Positions 20,211 through 30,416 of a stretch of 64,000 nucleotides of DNA are shown here, piece after piece. The notes under the pieces are model-generated. The model saw only the letters and a program-made list of their open reading frames with translations. It was not told where the DNA came from and did not search any database. Position 1 is the stretch's first letter. The number at the start of each line of letters is the position of its first letter. Made by a program: the position numbers and the translations under genes. Origin of the DNA: Gemmatales bacterium (GTDB lineage: Bacteria; Planctomycetota; Planctomycetia; Gemmatales; HRBIN36); contig JBEPZY010000002.1 in assembly GCA_041640595.1 (NCBI GenBank), positions 604,407 to 668,406 on the forward strand. The letters run 5' to 3'.

Positions 20211-22166
20211 CTAGCCGGGAACCATCAGCGTAAACGGCCAGACATACGCTTGCAGCAGAGTCATGCACCCCACGATCGCCGCCAGGATGATGCTGTGCCA
20301 GACCACCGCTTTGAAAATGTCCGCCTCCCGCCCGATCTGATGCGTGGCAGCGGTGGCAACACAAATGCTCTGGGCGTCAATCATCTTGCCCATGACGCCT
20401 CCGGTACTGTTGGCGGTGCAGATCAAAACCTGCGTCTGTTCCCGGGTCAAATGGGCAAACGCTTCGGGATGGTGCGTGTAAAGCTCGTTGGCCGTGATCT
20501 TTTGCAGGCTGCCAAATAGCGCGTTGCTCCCGGCATCGGTCCCGGTCAGGAAAACGCCGAGCCAGCCCAAAATCGCCGCAAAAAACGGATACAGGATTCC
20601 CGTGCTGGCAAAGGCTACTCCCAGCGTGGCATCCATCCCGGCGTAGCGTGTCACGTAACTCAAACCAAGCATCAGGGCGATGGTCGGAATGGGAATCTTC
20701 ATCTGGAAACAGGTGCGGCGAAAGACGGAGAGGATCTGCGTAGCGTTCATACGCAGCAACAGCATGGAAATACAGGCAGCCACGAAAACAGCTGTTCCCG
20801 GCGCTGTCAACCAGGCGAAATTGAACTGAGCACGTTCCGGTTTGGGAGCCAGACGCTCGGCAAGCAACAGCGTTGGTGCTAATTCCACTCCGGTGGGTGA
20901 AAGGGCAACTGGAACCAGTTGCCCCACGCTCAGCGCTGCCGCCTGTTCCGCCCGCACTAAATGCAGACGGGGATCGCGGTGCACCTGGTTGTCCAGACCA
21001 GGGATGGGGATCAGGTAGTTGGTTTGCCATTTACTGTCCGGGCCACCGATCTTGACCGGCCCTTTGCCTTCCATTTGCCTGACAATGCCGGTCAGCATGA
21101 GCAAGACCGACATGATGGCGAACGGTGTCCAGGCGAGGGCAATTTTGCCGGCACTCAGCGGCGTGTGCTCCGGATTGGATGGATTCGAGGCAGGGGAATT
21201 ACCGGCAGTATGGCCCGGCGGATCGACGCCGACCAGTGCAGCGGCCTCGCTCGCGCTGGCCAGTTTCGGCACATCGTGCCCGACCGATAAAGCTGCCGGT
21301 CGTCCCTGACCGTCGTAATGCCACTCCCGCCGTGGCTTCCAGAACTTCAGGAAAATCGCGGTTACTATCAGCGAGAAAATCCCGCCACCAATGTCGGTCA
21401 TCGGCCACATTTCTACGCCGGTCCACAGATGAAACGTCGCGAAGGTGTACTGGAACAGGGCGAAGGAAATGCCAGCGACAGCAATTGCCGGAAGCACCTC
21501 GAAGGTCTCTTTCCAGCCGCACATACACCGCACCATCCACAAAGGAATGATGCACGAAAGCAACGGTAGCTGATGCCCCGCCATGACGCTGAGCTGGTGT
21601 CCGGGCAAATCGGTCACGCCGTTGAGGACAATGATCGGCGTGCCCAGTCCGCCGTAGGCCACCGGCGAGGTATTGGCGATCAGACACAGCACCGCCGCCA
21701 GAAATGGGTCGAAACCGAGCCCGACCATAATCGCCCCGCAGATGGCCACGGGTGTTCCTCCACCTGCTGCTCCTTCCAGAAACGCGCCGAAACTAAACCC
21801 GATGAGCACTGCCTGAATGCGGGCATCGGCAGAAAGTCCGGCCACCGATCGGCGAATGATGGCGAACTGGCCGGTTTCCACCGTGATGTTGTAAAGCAAC
21901 ATGGCGTTGAAGATCGTCCAGCCGACTGGCAACATGCCGAAGAGTACCCCATGAACAAAGGAAGCCAGCGCCATCGGGGCCGGCATGCCGTAAATGGTAA
22001 TCGCCACCACCAGGGCCGTGATCGCCCCGCCCAGTCCGGCTTTCGGTGCCAGCCAGCGCATCGGTACCAGCAACCAGAACAGCACCAGCACCGGCAGCCC
22101 CGCAAAAAAAGTGGATAGCCAGGCGTTGTGCAATGGGTCGAGGTTCTGCTGATAAGCCAGCAACAT
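20211..22166 (-). CDS. lctP: L-lactate permease
   Basis: FGAFLEGAAGGGTP, ANTSPVAYGGLG, GVFLTGTDAGSNALFG, GGVMGKMI. Confidence 0.92.
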   Translation of the reverse strand: MLLAYQQNLDPLHNAWLSTFFAGLPVLVLFWLLVPMRWLAPKAGLGGAITALVVAITIYGMPAPMALASFVHGVLFGMLPVGWTIFNAMLLYNITVETGQFAIIRRSVAGLSADARIQAVLIGFSFGAFLEGAAGGGTPVAICGAIMVGLGFDPFLAAVLCLIANTSPVAYGGLGTPIIVLNGVTDLPGHQLSVMAGHQLPLLSCIIPLWMVRCMCGWKETFEVLPAIAVAGISFALFQYTFATFHLWTGVEMWPMTDIGGGIFSLIVTAIFLKFWKPRREWHYDGQGRPAALSVGHDVPKLASASEAAALVGVDPPGHTAGNSPASNPSNPEHTPLSAGKIALAWTPFAIMSVLLMLTGIVRQMEGKGPVKIGGPDSKWQTNYLIPIPGLDNQVHRDPRLHLVRAEQAAALSVGQLVPVALSPTGVELAPTLLLAERLAPKPERAQFNFAWLTAPGTAVFVAACISMLLLRMNATQILSVFRRTCFQMKIPIPTIALMLGLSYVTRYAGMDATLGVAFASTGILYPFFAAILGWLGVFLTGTDAGSNALFGSLQKITANELYTHHPEAFAHLTREQTQVLICTANSTGGVMGKMIDAQSICVATAATHQIGREADIFKAVVWHSIILAAIVGCMTLLQAYVWPFTLMVPG

Positions 22167-22466
22167 ACCGGCACTCCCGTTCAGGCCATAAGTTGCCGCA
22201 ATCTTACGATTTTTGGGGCCAGTGCGTAGCCCCCGGTGCCGGTTTTGCTATGTTTAGCTGCCGTCGTTGCATACAAGCGGAAGGCACGCAGCTAGGCTTG
22301 AACTACGCAATTTGCCAACCAGGTCGAAAAGCTGTTCCGGCCTCGTGTTGCCGTGACCTGTGCTTGACCCGAGCATCGGGTCGAACGGACCTTTCCTGGC
22401 AGTTCATCATTGGCTTGACGAAAGCCGTGGCGGTGCGGGAAAATTTTGAGGGCCAGGGGGCGGAAC

Positions 22467-23624
22467 ATGAAAATTCGGAAACTCATCCTGAAGAACTGGA
22501 AAAACTTTGCGACCGTCGAGGTCGAAATTCCCGACCGTCTGTTTCTCGTCGGGCCAAACGCTTCCGGCAAGTCGAATTTTTTGGATGCCTTTCGGTTCCT
22601 GCGTGATCTGGCTTCGTCGGGTGGTGGCTTGCAGGAGGCGGTGCGCCGTCGAGGGGGTGTCAGCGCGATCCGTTGTCTGGCTGCCCGGCGTGAATCGGAC
22701 ATCGAGCTGGGCGTCGAAATCGAGCAATCCTCGGCGGGCAAGCAATCGTCGGAGGGCAAAAGGTGGCTCTATGAAGTCGCCTTCAATCAGGATAAACAGG
22801 GTCGGCCCATCCTGCAGAAGGAGCGTGTCTTGCAAAATGGGCAAACGTTACTGGATCGGCCGAATAGCGAGGACCGTTCTGACCCTGAGCTGTTGACGCA
22901 GACCCATCTGGAGCAAATCCATGTCAACCGGGACTTCCGCGAGATTGCCACTTTTTTCGCCTCCATCCGCTACCTGCACATCGTGCCTCAACTGGTTCGC
23001 GAACCGGATCGTTCAACGGCTCGGGCCAACGATCCGTTCGGTGGTGATTTTTTGGAACAACTCGCCAGGACGCCGGAAAAAACTCGGCAGGCCCGCTTGA
23101 AAAGGATTACGGCGGTGCTCCGCATAGCCGTGCCCCAACTCCAGAAGATCGAGCTATGGCGGGATACCCGCGGAACACCGCACCTGCGCGGCAAGTACAA
23201 ACACTGGCGGCCCCACGGCAAGTGGCAGACTGAAGAGCAATTTTCTGACGGCACACTTCGGCTTTTGGGCTTGCTATGGGCAGTCCTCGATGAGGGAGGG
23301 CCTTTACTGCTGGAGGAGCCGGAACTGTCCTTGCATCCGGCAGTGGTGCGCATGTTGCCTCAGATGCTGGCACGTGCCCAACGCCGTTCCAATCGCCAGA
23401 TATTTCTGAGTACCCACTCACCTGACCTGCTTCATGACGAAGGAATAGGTTGGGATGAAGTGCTGCTATTCATTCCGCAAAAAGAAGGCACCGAGGTCAA
23501 GCCAGCGGCTTGCCTGGAGGATGTTTCCCCTCTGCTCGAAGGTGGACTCTCGCTGGCGGATGCCGTCCTCCCCAAGACCGCTCCTGAACGTGCCGAGCAA
23601 CTCGCCTTGTTTGGAGACAGGTGA
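22467..23624 (+). CDS. ABC/SMC-type ATPase (AAA_21/AAA_15-like)
   Basis: Walker A GPNASGKS, signature FSDGT, Walker B/D-loop LLLEEPELSLHP, H-loop STHS; no TM segments. Confidence 0.9.
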   Translation: MKIRKLILKNWKNFATVEVEIPDRLFLVGPNASGKSNFLDAFRFLRDLASSGGGLQEAVRRRGGVSAIRCLAARRESDIELGVEIEQSSAGKQSSEGKRWLYEVAFNQDKQGRPILQKERVLQNGQTLLDRPNSEDRSDPELLTQTHLEQIHVNRDFREIATFFASIRYLHIVPQLVREPDRSTARANDPFGGDFLEQLARTPEKTRQARLKRITAVLRIAVPQLQKIELWRDTRGTPHLRGKYKHWRPHGKWQTEEQFSDGTLRLLGLLWAVLDEGGPLLLEEPELSLHPAVVRMLPQMLARAQRRSNRQIFLSTHSPDLLHDEGIGWDEVLLFIPQKEGTEVKPAACLEDVSPLLEGGLSLADAVLPKTAPERAEQLALFGDR

Positions 23625-24235
23625 TAATGGCATCGCCGCCGGTTATCGCTGCTGCCGTTGAAGGAATTGTGGACGAAGCAGTCGCTCGTCGGCTCATCCG
23701 GGAGGCAGGCGGCATCCCAGGGCCGGTTTATGGTAAGAACGGCAAACAACATTTGCGCCAGAAAATCAATGGCTACAACAACGCAGCCAGATTTGCACCC
23801 TGGCTGGTGCTGGTGGACCTGGATACCGGCGCCAGCTGTGCGCCAAGTTTGCGACAAAATTGGCTGCCTGTGTCGGCTCCATGGCTCTGTTTCCGAATCG
23901 CTGTGCCTCAAGTGGAAGCCTGGCTGTTGGCGGATGCAGAGTCGTTGGCAGCTTACCTGGGCGTCGCGAAGCGAAAAATACCCGACAATCCTGAAGCCCT
24001 CTTGGACGCCAAGACGGCGATGGTGAATCTGGCACGGGATTGCCAGCGCCGCGACATTCAACAAGACATGGTGCCTCGCCCCAGCAGTGGCCGAAAGGTT
24101 GGCCCCGCTTACACTTCGAGATTGGTCGAATACGTTGAGAACCACTGGCAACCGGCCAGGGCTGCCCAACACGCCGATAGCTTGCGAAGAGCCATCCAGT
24201 GCCTCCAGCGCCTGGTCAGCCGCTGGGATTGTTAG
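23621..24235 (+). CDS. DUF4276-like TOPRIM-fold protein
   Basis: VEGIVDE, LVDLD (DxD), VEAWLLAD; overlaps the ATPase stop (GTGA); ATG 23627 is an alternative start. Confidence 0.8.
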   Translation: MIMASPPVIAAAVEGIVDEAVARRLIREAGGIPGPVYGKNGKQHLRQKINGYNNAARFAPWLVLVDLDTGASCAPSLRQNWLPVSAPWLCFRIAVPQVEAWLLADAESLAAYLGVAKRKIPDNPEALLDAKTAMVNLARDCQRRDIQQDMVPRPSSGRKVGPAYTSRLVEYVENHWQPARAAQHADSLRRAIQCLQRLVSRWDC

Positions 24236-24285
24236 AGACTACCAGGTCTTACGGCATCCCGATATCCTGACACCCGTTCGATATG

Positions 24286-25248
24286 CTAGGCGTCGCCGTG
24301 CATGAGTGCGGCGAGCACACACACCAGCCGCCAATCGAGCAGCTGCTCCGCACCAGGCGTCAACAGGAAGTGCGTCTTATCCCGCCAGGATAATTGCGTG
24401 CGATTCTCCGCCAGAATGTAATCCGAACCTTCCAGGCGCAGGCGATAATTGGGCCGGAATGGCTTTGCCAGCCAGGGTGTCAATAGCCAGGCCAGTCGCA
24501 GCAAGCCCAGGGGCAAAAGCAGCAAGTAGCGAACGAGCTGCGGCAACCAGATGCTTTCCTCGATGACCAGAGCCGCAGGAAATTCGGGCACGCGCACTGT
24601 CCAGCGTCGTCGAGTCAGCAACCGCGTCGGCCAGCTGGCCCGGTGCAATTCCGCCAGTACCTTGCCCCTACGCGTTTGGGCAACCCATCGTCCAAACAAC
24701 CAGTGGGCGAAGGAAACGGGCTGAATGACAAAGTACGGGAATTGCAACTTGCTGTCGTAAGGGCTGTATAAGCCGGTTTGAAAAGTCGGAGCGTTTCGCC
24801 GCAGCCGCGAGTATAGCCAGTAAGCCGCCAGGCAGCCGAATACGATGGCCTTCACTTCTTCCGCGTTTTGCAGTCCTTGAGCCAGCAAAAATATCAGCAG
24901 CACCAGCACCGCGAGCGTCAGAGCGACCAGCAGAATTATCCCAATGGTGAAAAGCAGCAATTCGATCCAGCCGAGCGAATAACGCACATACATCCGACCC
25001 GGATACTCATGAAACAGCCAGGCACGCGGTAACAGATGGAACGCTGAACGTACCTCCACGTGCGGTGATTGGGCGGCAACTTCTGAAAAGTCTTCCTTTT
25101 GTCGGCGACGGGCTTTTGGTATCACCACAAAGTAGTTTCGGCAGACTCCGCATTGCACGGTCCTGCCCAGCCAGTCTAAGTCGAGCAGGAATCTCGCCTG
25201 GCAGCTATCGCAAAATGTTCGTAAGGTTCGCCCCATGCCTGGCACCAA
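24286..25248 (-). CDS. Membrane protein with N-terminal zinc ribbon
   Basis: CDSC...CGVC, two to three hydrophobic helices; C-terminus loosely scramblase/LURP-like. Confidence 0.6.
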   Translation of the reverse strand: MVPGMGRTLRTFCDSCQARFLLDLDWLGRTVQCGVCRNYFVVIPKARRRQKEDFSEVAAQSPHVEVRSAFHLLPRAWLFHEYPGRMYVRYSLGWIELLLFTIGIILLVALTLAVLVLLIFLLAQGLQNAEEVKAIVFGCLAAYWLYSRLRRNAPTFQTGLYSPYDSKLQFPYFVIQPVSFAHWLFGRWVAQTRRGKVLAELHRASWPTRLLTRRRWTVRVPEFPAALVIEESIWLPQLVRYLLLLPLGLLRLAWLLTPWLAKPFRPNYRLRLEGSDYILAENRTQLSWRDKTHFLLTPGAEQLLDWRLVCVLAALMHGDA

Positions 25249-25543
25249 TAGCGGGCACGCACTCGACCAGGAACCAGCGATCGCGGTATCGTTTCTTCCG
25301 GCAATTATTAGCTATATTCGCGGCCTTCGGAAGCGTAAGCATGGCCAGGAGTTTCTGCGGCGTTTGGTTGAGTTTCGGTAAAGCACGGCTTATTTTCGTC
25401 GGTTAAACTCACCGATGACGGCACTGGAAAAAGGTCGCTGGCCGGATAAGATGACGTTTGAATGCTCCCCGCCGGTGCGGCTTCTGGCCAAACCAGCCCG
25501 ATTATTTCCAGCCCAAAATCTTCCCCAATAAGACGAGTAAGCG

Positions 25544-26785
25544 ATGCGTCTGCGACAGGTGTTGCTGGCACTGGGTGCCATGCTGGGTATGCTTGTGGCG
25601 GCCGTGTGGCTGATCGGGGTCGGCGGCTGCTTTAGCGAGTCGGCTAAAGGTTCCCTCCAGGGGGGCGAAACCGAAGACTCCGAGCTTCTGGATCCGCCGC
25701 TGGTTACTGTGCAAAAGCGTTCCTGGCCGCGGCAATTGCGGATACAGGGTAACCTGATGGAAGCCGAAGAGGCACTGGTCGGTACTGAAGTTGCCGGTCG
25801 TGTTCAGCGTGTCCATGTAGATGTGGGGAGCACGGTACAGGCCGGTCAATTGCTTGTCGAACTCGACGCTGAAGACTATCGCCTGCAAGAACAACTGGTC
25901 GAGGCACAGGTACAGGCAATTCGGGCTCGCATCGGATTGATGCCGGGCCAATCGGAGAGCGATTTGCGACCGGAAAATGCCCCGCCGGTTCTCCAGGAAA
26001 AGGCAGTCGTAGAAGAATCCCGGCTCGCTCTGGAACGGGCTACCCTGCTGCACCGCATCAACCGCAATGCCATTTCCGCCGAGGAACTGGAACGTTTACA
26101 AGCCGCTCTGAAGGTAGCCGAAGCTCGCTATGCCTCGGCACTGAATCAGGTGCGCGAACAATTGGCGCTATTGCAACTCCGCAAAGTCGAACTGGAGCAA
26201 GCCCGTAAACAGGTGCGGGAGACGCAGATACGGGCACCTTTTTCCGGTGTGGTGCAAACACGCCCGCCGGCTCCGGGATCCTATTTGCGTGTGGGTGATG
26301 GTGTGGTACGACTGGTGCGGTTAGACATGCTGCGCTTTCGTGGCAAAGTGCCAGACCGCTACATTCTGCATCTGCGTCCCGGTTTGTCGCTGCAAGTTTT
26401 TGTGGAAGGATTCGACAAGCCATTTTCCACGCACATCAGTCGTATCGAACCGATGTTAGACCCGGCCACGCTGATGCGAATCGTAGAGGCAGACGTGCCC
26501 AATCCGGATTGCCGACTACCTGCCAACACCTTTGCCGAGGCTGACTTACTTCTCGATGCCCAAGCTCAGGCCCTGGTTGTGCCGCGCAGTGCGGTCTGGG
26601 AATTTGCTGGGGTCGAACGGGTCTGGAAGATTGATAACGACCGTCTCGTCGAGCGGCGAGTGCAGGCAGGGGAAACCCGCGGCGAATGGGTGGAAATTGT
26701 CGGCGGATTGGTTGAAGGGGATACCATCCTGGCCGATGCTCGTCTCGGTCGCGCAAACCGTAAGGTCGTTCGGAAATCGCCATGA
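25544..26785 (+). CDS. RND efflux periplasmic adaptor (membrane fusion protein)
   Basis: EVAGRVQRVHVDVGSTVQAGQLLVELD, coiled coil, IRAPFSGVV, VEIVGGLVEGD. Confidence 0.9.
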   Translation: MRLRQVLLALGAMLGMLVAAVWLIGVGGCFSESAKGSLQGGETEDSELLDPPLVTVQKRSWPRQLRIQGNLMEAEEALVGTEVAGRVQRVHVDVGSTVQAGQLLVELDAEDYRLQEQLVEAQVQAIRARIGLMPGQSESDLRPENAPPVLQEKAVVEESRLALERATLLHRINRNAISAEELERLQAALKVAEARYASALNQVREQLALLQLRKVELEQARKQVRETQIRAPFSGVVQTRPPAPGSYLRVGDGVVRLVRLDMLRFRGKVPDRYILHLRPGLSLQVFVEGFDKPFSTHISRIEPMLDPATLMRIVEADVPNPDCRLPANTFAEADLLLDAQAQALVVPRSAVWEFAGVERVWKIDNDRLVERRVQAGETRGEWVEIVGGLVEGDTILADARLGRANRKVVRKSP

Positions 26786-28023
26786 AACCGATCTACCTTG
26801 ATTACAACGCCACCACTCCGGTCGCTCCGGAAGTGGTGCAGGCCATGTGGCCCTACTTGCGTGAGGAATTCGGCAACCCGTCCAGCGCCCACGTGTACGG
26901 ACAATCCGCCCATGCAGCGGTGGAACGTGCCCGGCAACAGGTGGCCTCGCTGTTGGGATGCCAACCTTCCGAGGTGGTGTTCACCAGCGGGGGCAGCGAA
27001 GCCAGCAATCTGGCCATCAAGGGCGTGCTCTTTCCGATCCTCTTCGGCCAATCCGAAACCAGTTGCTCCTCGACAAGCCGTCGCTGGTGGACCGACTGGC
27101 GGCGCTGGTTCCGGCGTCGCCGCTGGCAGATCATTACCAGTGCCGTCGAGCATCCGGCAACGTTGCGACCGTGCCGGTTCCTGGAGCAACTCGGCGTGCG
27201 CGTTACCGTGTTGCCCGTAGATCGGTTCGGCGTGGTGGATATGGAAGCGTTGCGTCGGGCCCTGCGTTATCCCACCGCCCTGGTAACCATCATGCATGCG
27301 AATAACGAGGTCGGCACACTGCAACCGATCCGCGACATAGCACGTCTGGCTCACGAACACGGAGCCTTGATGCACACCGACGCTGCTCAATCCGTCGGTA
27401 AAATTCCCGTCCGCGTCGAGGAACTCGAAGTGGATTTGCTGACTGTAGCCGGGCACAAACTGTACGCTCCCAAAGGAATCGGTGCCCTGTACGTGCGAAA
27501 CGGAATCACTCTGGAACCTCTGATTCACGGTGCCGGTCATGAATCCGGTCGTCGTGCCGGGACGGAAAATGTCCCGTACATAGTCGGATTAGGTGCTGCC
27601 TGCCAGCTGGCGGAACAGGAATTGCCCGACCTGAGCGTTCGCCTGCAACGGTTGCGCGATCGCTTGTGGCAGGAGTTGCAGTCGCGGCTGGGCGAGCGCA
27701 TCGTGCTGAACGGACATCCGCAGCAGCGTTTGCCCAACACCCTGAACGTGAGTTTCCTGGGCTGCGTGGGAGCTGAGTTGTTACAAGCGGTGCCGCAAGT
27801 CGCCGCTTCCACCGGTTCTGCGTGCCATGAAGGTCAGGTGCATGTTTCGCCGGTGCTGCAAGCCATGCACGTGCCCGAAGAAGTTGCCCGCGGAGCGGTT
27901 CGCTTGAGTGTCGGCCGATTCACGAACGAAGAAGAAATCGTCCAGGCTGCGGACTGGCTTGCCCAGGCCGCCAGTTCGCTGGTTTCCAGAACGGTTCCGA
28001 CCACCTTAGCTACAGCGGTATAA
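26782..28023 (+). CDS. Cysteine desulfurase (IscS/NifS family)
   Basis: IYLDYNATTP, GNPSS, HTDAAQ, GHKLYAPKG (PLP Lys), STGSAC (catalytic Cys). Confidence 0.94.
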   Translation: MKPIYLDYNATTPVAPEVVQAMWPYLREEFGNPSSAHVYGQSAHAAVERARQQVASLLGCQPSEVVFTSGGSEASNLAIKGVLFPILFGQSETSCSSTSRRWWTDWRRWFRRRRWQIITSAVEHPATLRPCRFLEQLGVRVTVLPVDRFGVVDMEALRRALRYPTALVTIMHANNEVGTLQPIRDIARLAHEHGALMHTDAAQSVGKIPVRVEELEVDLLTVAGHKLYAPKGIGALYVRNGITLEPLIHGAGHESGRRAGTENVPYIVGLGAACQLAEQELPDLSVRLQRLRDRLWQELQSRLGERIVLNGHPQQRLPNTLNVSFLGCVGAELLQAVPQVAASTGSACHEGQVHVSPVLQAMHVPEEVARGAVRLSVGRFTNEEEIVQAADWLAQAASSLVSRTVPTTLATAV

Positions 28024-28085
28024 TACTGGTCGCCAATCGGTCCTTTCCTCACCGTGGCCGATGCGAGTAGCTCGACGAGTCCATC

Positions 28086-28625
28086 ATGGCCGAGCCATTC
28101 CTGCGCGTTTTCTTGCTGGGTCTGCGCGGTACAGGTAAAAGCACGCTTGCTCCGCTCCTGGCCGAACGACTTGACTGGGACTGGTGCGACATGGATCGGG
28201 AGATCGAGCGACGAAGCGGCCAATCGTTGCGGGAAATCTTCGAGCGTGAGGGTGAGTCGGCATTCCGCGACTTAGAATCGGCCCTGCTGCGGGAGATTTG
28301 CACCCGGTCGCATCTGGTGGTAGCCACGGGCGGCGGGGTAGTGCTCCGGGAAGAAAATCGCCGACTGCTTCGACAAAACAGTCGCTGTGTCTGGCTTCGT
28401 GCCAGTGTGCCGGTCATGCTGGCCCGCCTGCAATCCGACCCGGCTACGCTCACGCAACGCCCCGCGCTGACGCAATTGCCTCCGCAAGAAGAGATACGCC
28501 AGCTCCTCGAGCAACGCGAACCGCTCTATCGTGCCTGTGCCGATCTGATCGTGGACACTGACCGGGCTAGCCCGGAGCAACTTGCCAGCCAGATCGCCCA
28601 GCGGTTACTTACGGATTCTGGATAG
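28086..28625 (+). CDS. aroK: Shikimate kinase
   Basis: GLRGTGKST, GESAFRDLE, ATGGG, REPLY. Confidence 0.93.
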   Translation: MAEPFLRVFLLGLRGTGKSTLAPLLAERLDWDWCDMDREIERRSGQSLREIFEREGESAFRDLESALLREICTRSHLVVATGGGVVLREENRRLLRQNSRCVWLRASVPVMLARLQSDPATLTQRPALTQLPPQEEIRQLLEQREPLYRACADLIVDTDRASPEQLASQIAQRLLTDSG

Positions 28626-28796
28626 CCGCTTGCGTTTACCGCCGCGGATTGGCGCACCGGTTGTCTCCCGGCTGGCGAAAAGAGTGTCCCCTTGCCGATT
28701 GGGGCGGAATTGGTTAGACTAGCATTGCCTGCCTGCCGGAATGTCGCTGCCCCGGCAATTATCCCGCCAGCATGCGGTTCTTACGAGGATATTGCG

Positions 28797-30380
28797 ATGA
28801 ACGTGATGCGGAGTTTCTGGCCAGGACTGGTGCTGCTTTTCTGGGTGATAGCTGCACTGGCCCAGGAAGCGAAACCAAAACAAAGCAAGGAAATCAGCTA
28901 TTACCGCGACGTTCGGCCGATTTTGCAACTCCGTTGTCAGGGATGCCATCAGCCGGCCAAAGCAGAAGGTAACTACATAATGACCGAATACCGCACCTTG
29001 CTGGAAAAGGGGCGCAGTGGCGAACCAGGCATCGTTCCCGGTCATCCGGAAAAAAGTCGGGTCATGCAGCTGATCGTGCCACAGGAAGGCAAGCCGCCAG
29101 CCATGCCCCGCAACCAGGACCCGCTCACACCGGAGCAGGTGGAAATTATCCGCCAATGGATCGCTCAGGGAGCCCGGGATGACACTCCAGCATCCGCACG
29201 CACGGCACTGGTAGATGAATCGCATCCCCCCGAATATACGCTACCCCCGGTGATCACGGCGTTACGGTTTTCGCCAGATGGCCAGTTTTTGGCGGTGTCC
29301 GGATACCACGAAATTTTGCTGCATCGCAGCGATGGTTCCGGATTGGTGGCACGGTTGATTGGCCAGTCGGAGCGGATTCAATCGCTTGCGTTTTCCCCGG
29401 ATGGCCGTTATCTGGCCGCCAGCGGTGGCACGCCGGGACAATTTGGCGAAGTGCAAATCTGGGAATTACGACCGGAGGTGCGGGACTTATCAGCGTGGGT
29501 TTCGCCGTTGACGCAATGGACTGCCAGCACTGCAGCACTGCCGGGCCCGGGCAGGGTTTGTGTAGCATCTGCCATTCTGGTCGGTTTGCAACCTCCGCCC
29601 AGTTTGGGTCAAATACCGACCGGGAAGTTACGCAGTTACAAACTCCGCCTCGCCCTGCCCGTGAGTTACGACACTGTGTACGGCGTGAGCTGGTCGCCGG
29701 ATGGGAAATTGCTGGCGTTTGGCTGTGCCGATAATTCTCTGCGAGCTATTGACGTGGCCAGCGGCAAACAGGTTTTATACCAGGGTGCCCACCAGGATTG
29801 GGTGCTGGATACGACCTTTTCCAAAGACGGGTCGCACCTGGTTTCCGTCAGCCGCGACATGAGCATGAAGCTTACAGAAGTGGCAACGCAGCGCTTTGTG
29901 GATAACATCACCAGCATCACGCCGGGCGCTTTGAAAGGCGGACTGACTACCGTGAGCCGGCATCCGAAACAGGATATTGTGCTGACGGGTGGTTCGGATG
30001 GGGAGCCGAAGATTTATCAGATTTTCCGCACCAAGGCACGCCAGATTGGTGATGACTTCAACCTGATTCGCAAATTCGAGCGTCTGCCTGGCCGGATTTA
30101 CGCTGCGGAATTCAGTCCCGATGGCCGACAGGTTCTGGTCGGGGCGAGTGCTTATGGTACCGGCGAGGTACGCCTTTACGACGCTGAATCCGGCAAGCTG
30201 CTCTGGCGCTTCGACCAGACCGGACCCGTGTACGCGGTCAGTTTCCATCCACACGGCAAACTGGTGGCGGTCGGTGGATTTGACGGAACTGTCCGCTTGC
30301 TCGACGCTGCCAACGGCAAACTGATTAAGGCTTTCGTCCCGGTGCTCATCACTCAGAAGCCCCAGGCTTCTACCAATTAG
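28797..30380 (+). CDS. Planctomycete cytochrome c domain + WD40 repeat protein
   Basis: ISYYRDVRPILQLRCQGCH...MP...WIAQGA followed by FSPDG WD40 repeats; GAGGA RBS. Confidence 0.9.
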   Translation: MNVMRSFWPGLVLLFWVIAALAQEAKPKQSKEISYYRDVRPILQLRCQGCHQPAKAEGNYIMTEYRTLLEKGRSGEPGIVPGHPEKSRVMQLIVPQEGKPPAMPRNQDPLTPEQVEIIRQWIAQGARDDTPASARTALVDESHPPEYTLPPVITALRFSPDGQFLAVSGYHEILLHRSDGSGLVARLIGQSERIQSLAFSPDGRYLAASGGTPGQFGEVQIWELRPEVRDLSAWVSPLTQWTASTAALPGPGRVCVASAILVGLQPPPSLGQIPTGKLRSYKLRLALPVSYDTVYGVSWSPDGKLLAFGCADNSLRAIDVASGKQVLYQGAHQDWVLDTTFSKDGSHLVSVSRDMSMKLTEVATQRFVDNITSITPGALKGGLTTVSRHPKQDIVLTGGSDGEPKIYQIFRTKARQIGDDFNLIRKFERLPGRIYAAEFSPDGRQVLVGASAYGTGEVRLYDAESGKLLWRFDQTGPVYAVSFHPHGKLVAVGGFDGTVRLLDAANGKLIKAFVPVLITQKPQASTN

Positions 30381-30416
30381 CGAAAATTCTCGCTGCCGAA
30401 CTCAGGAGACTCGGCT

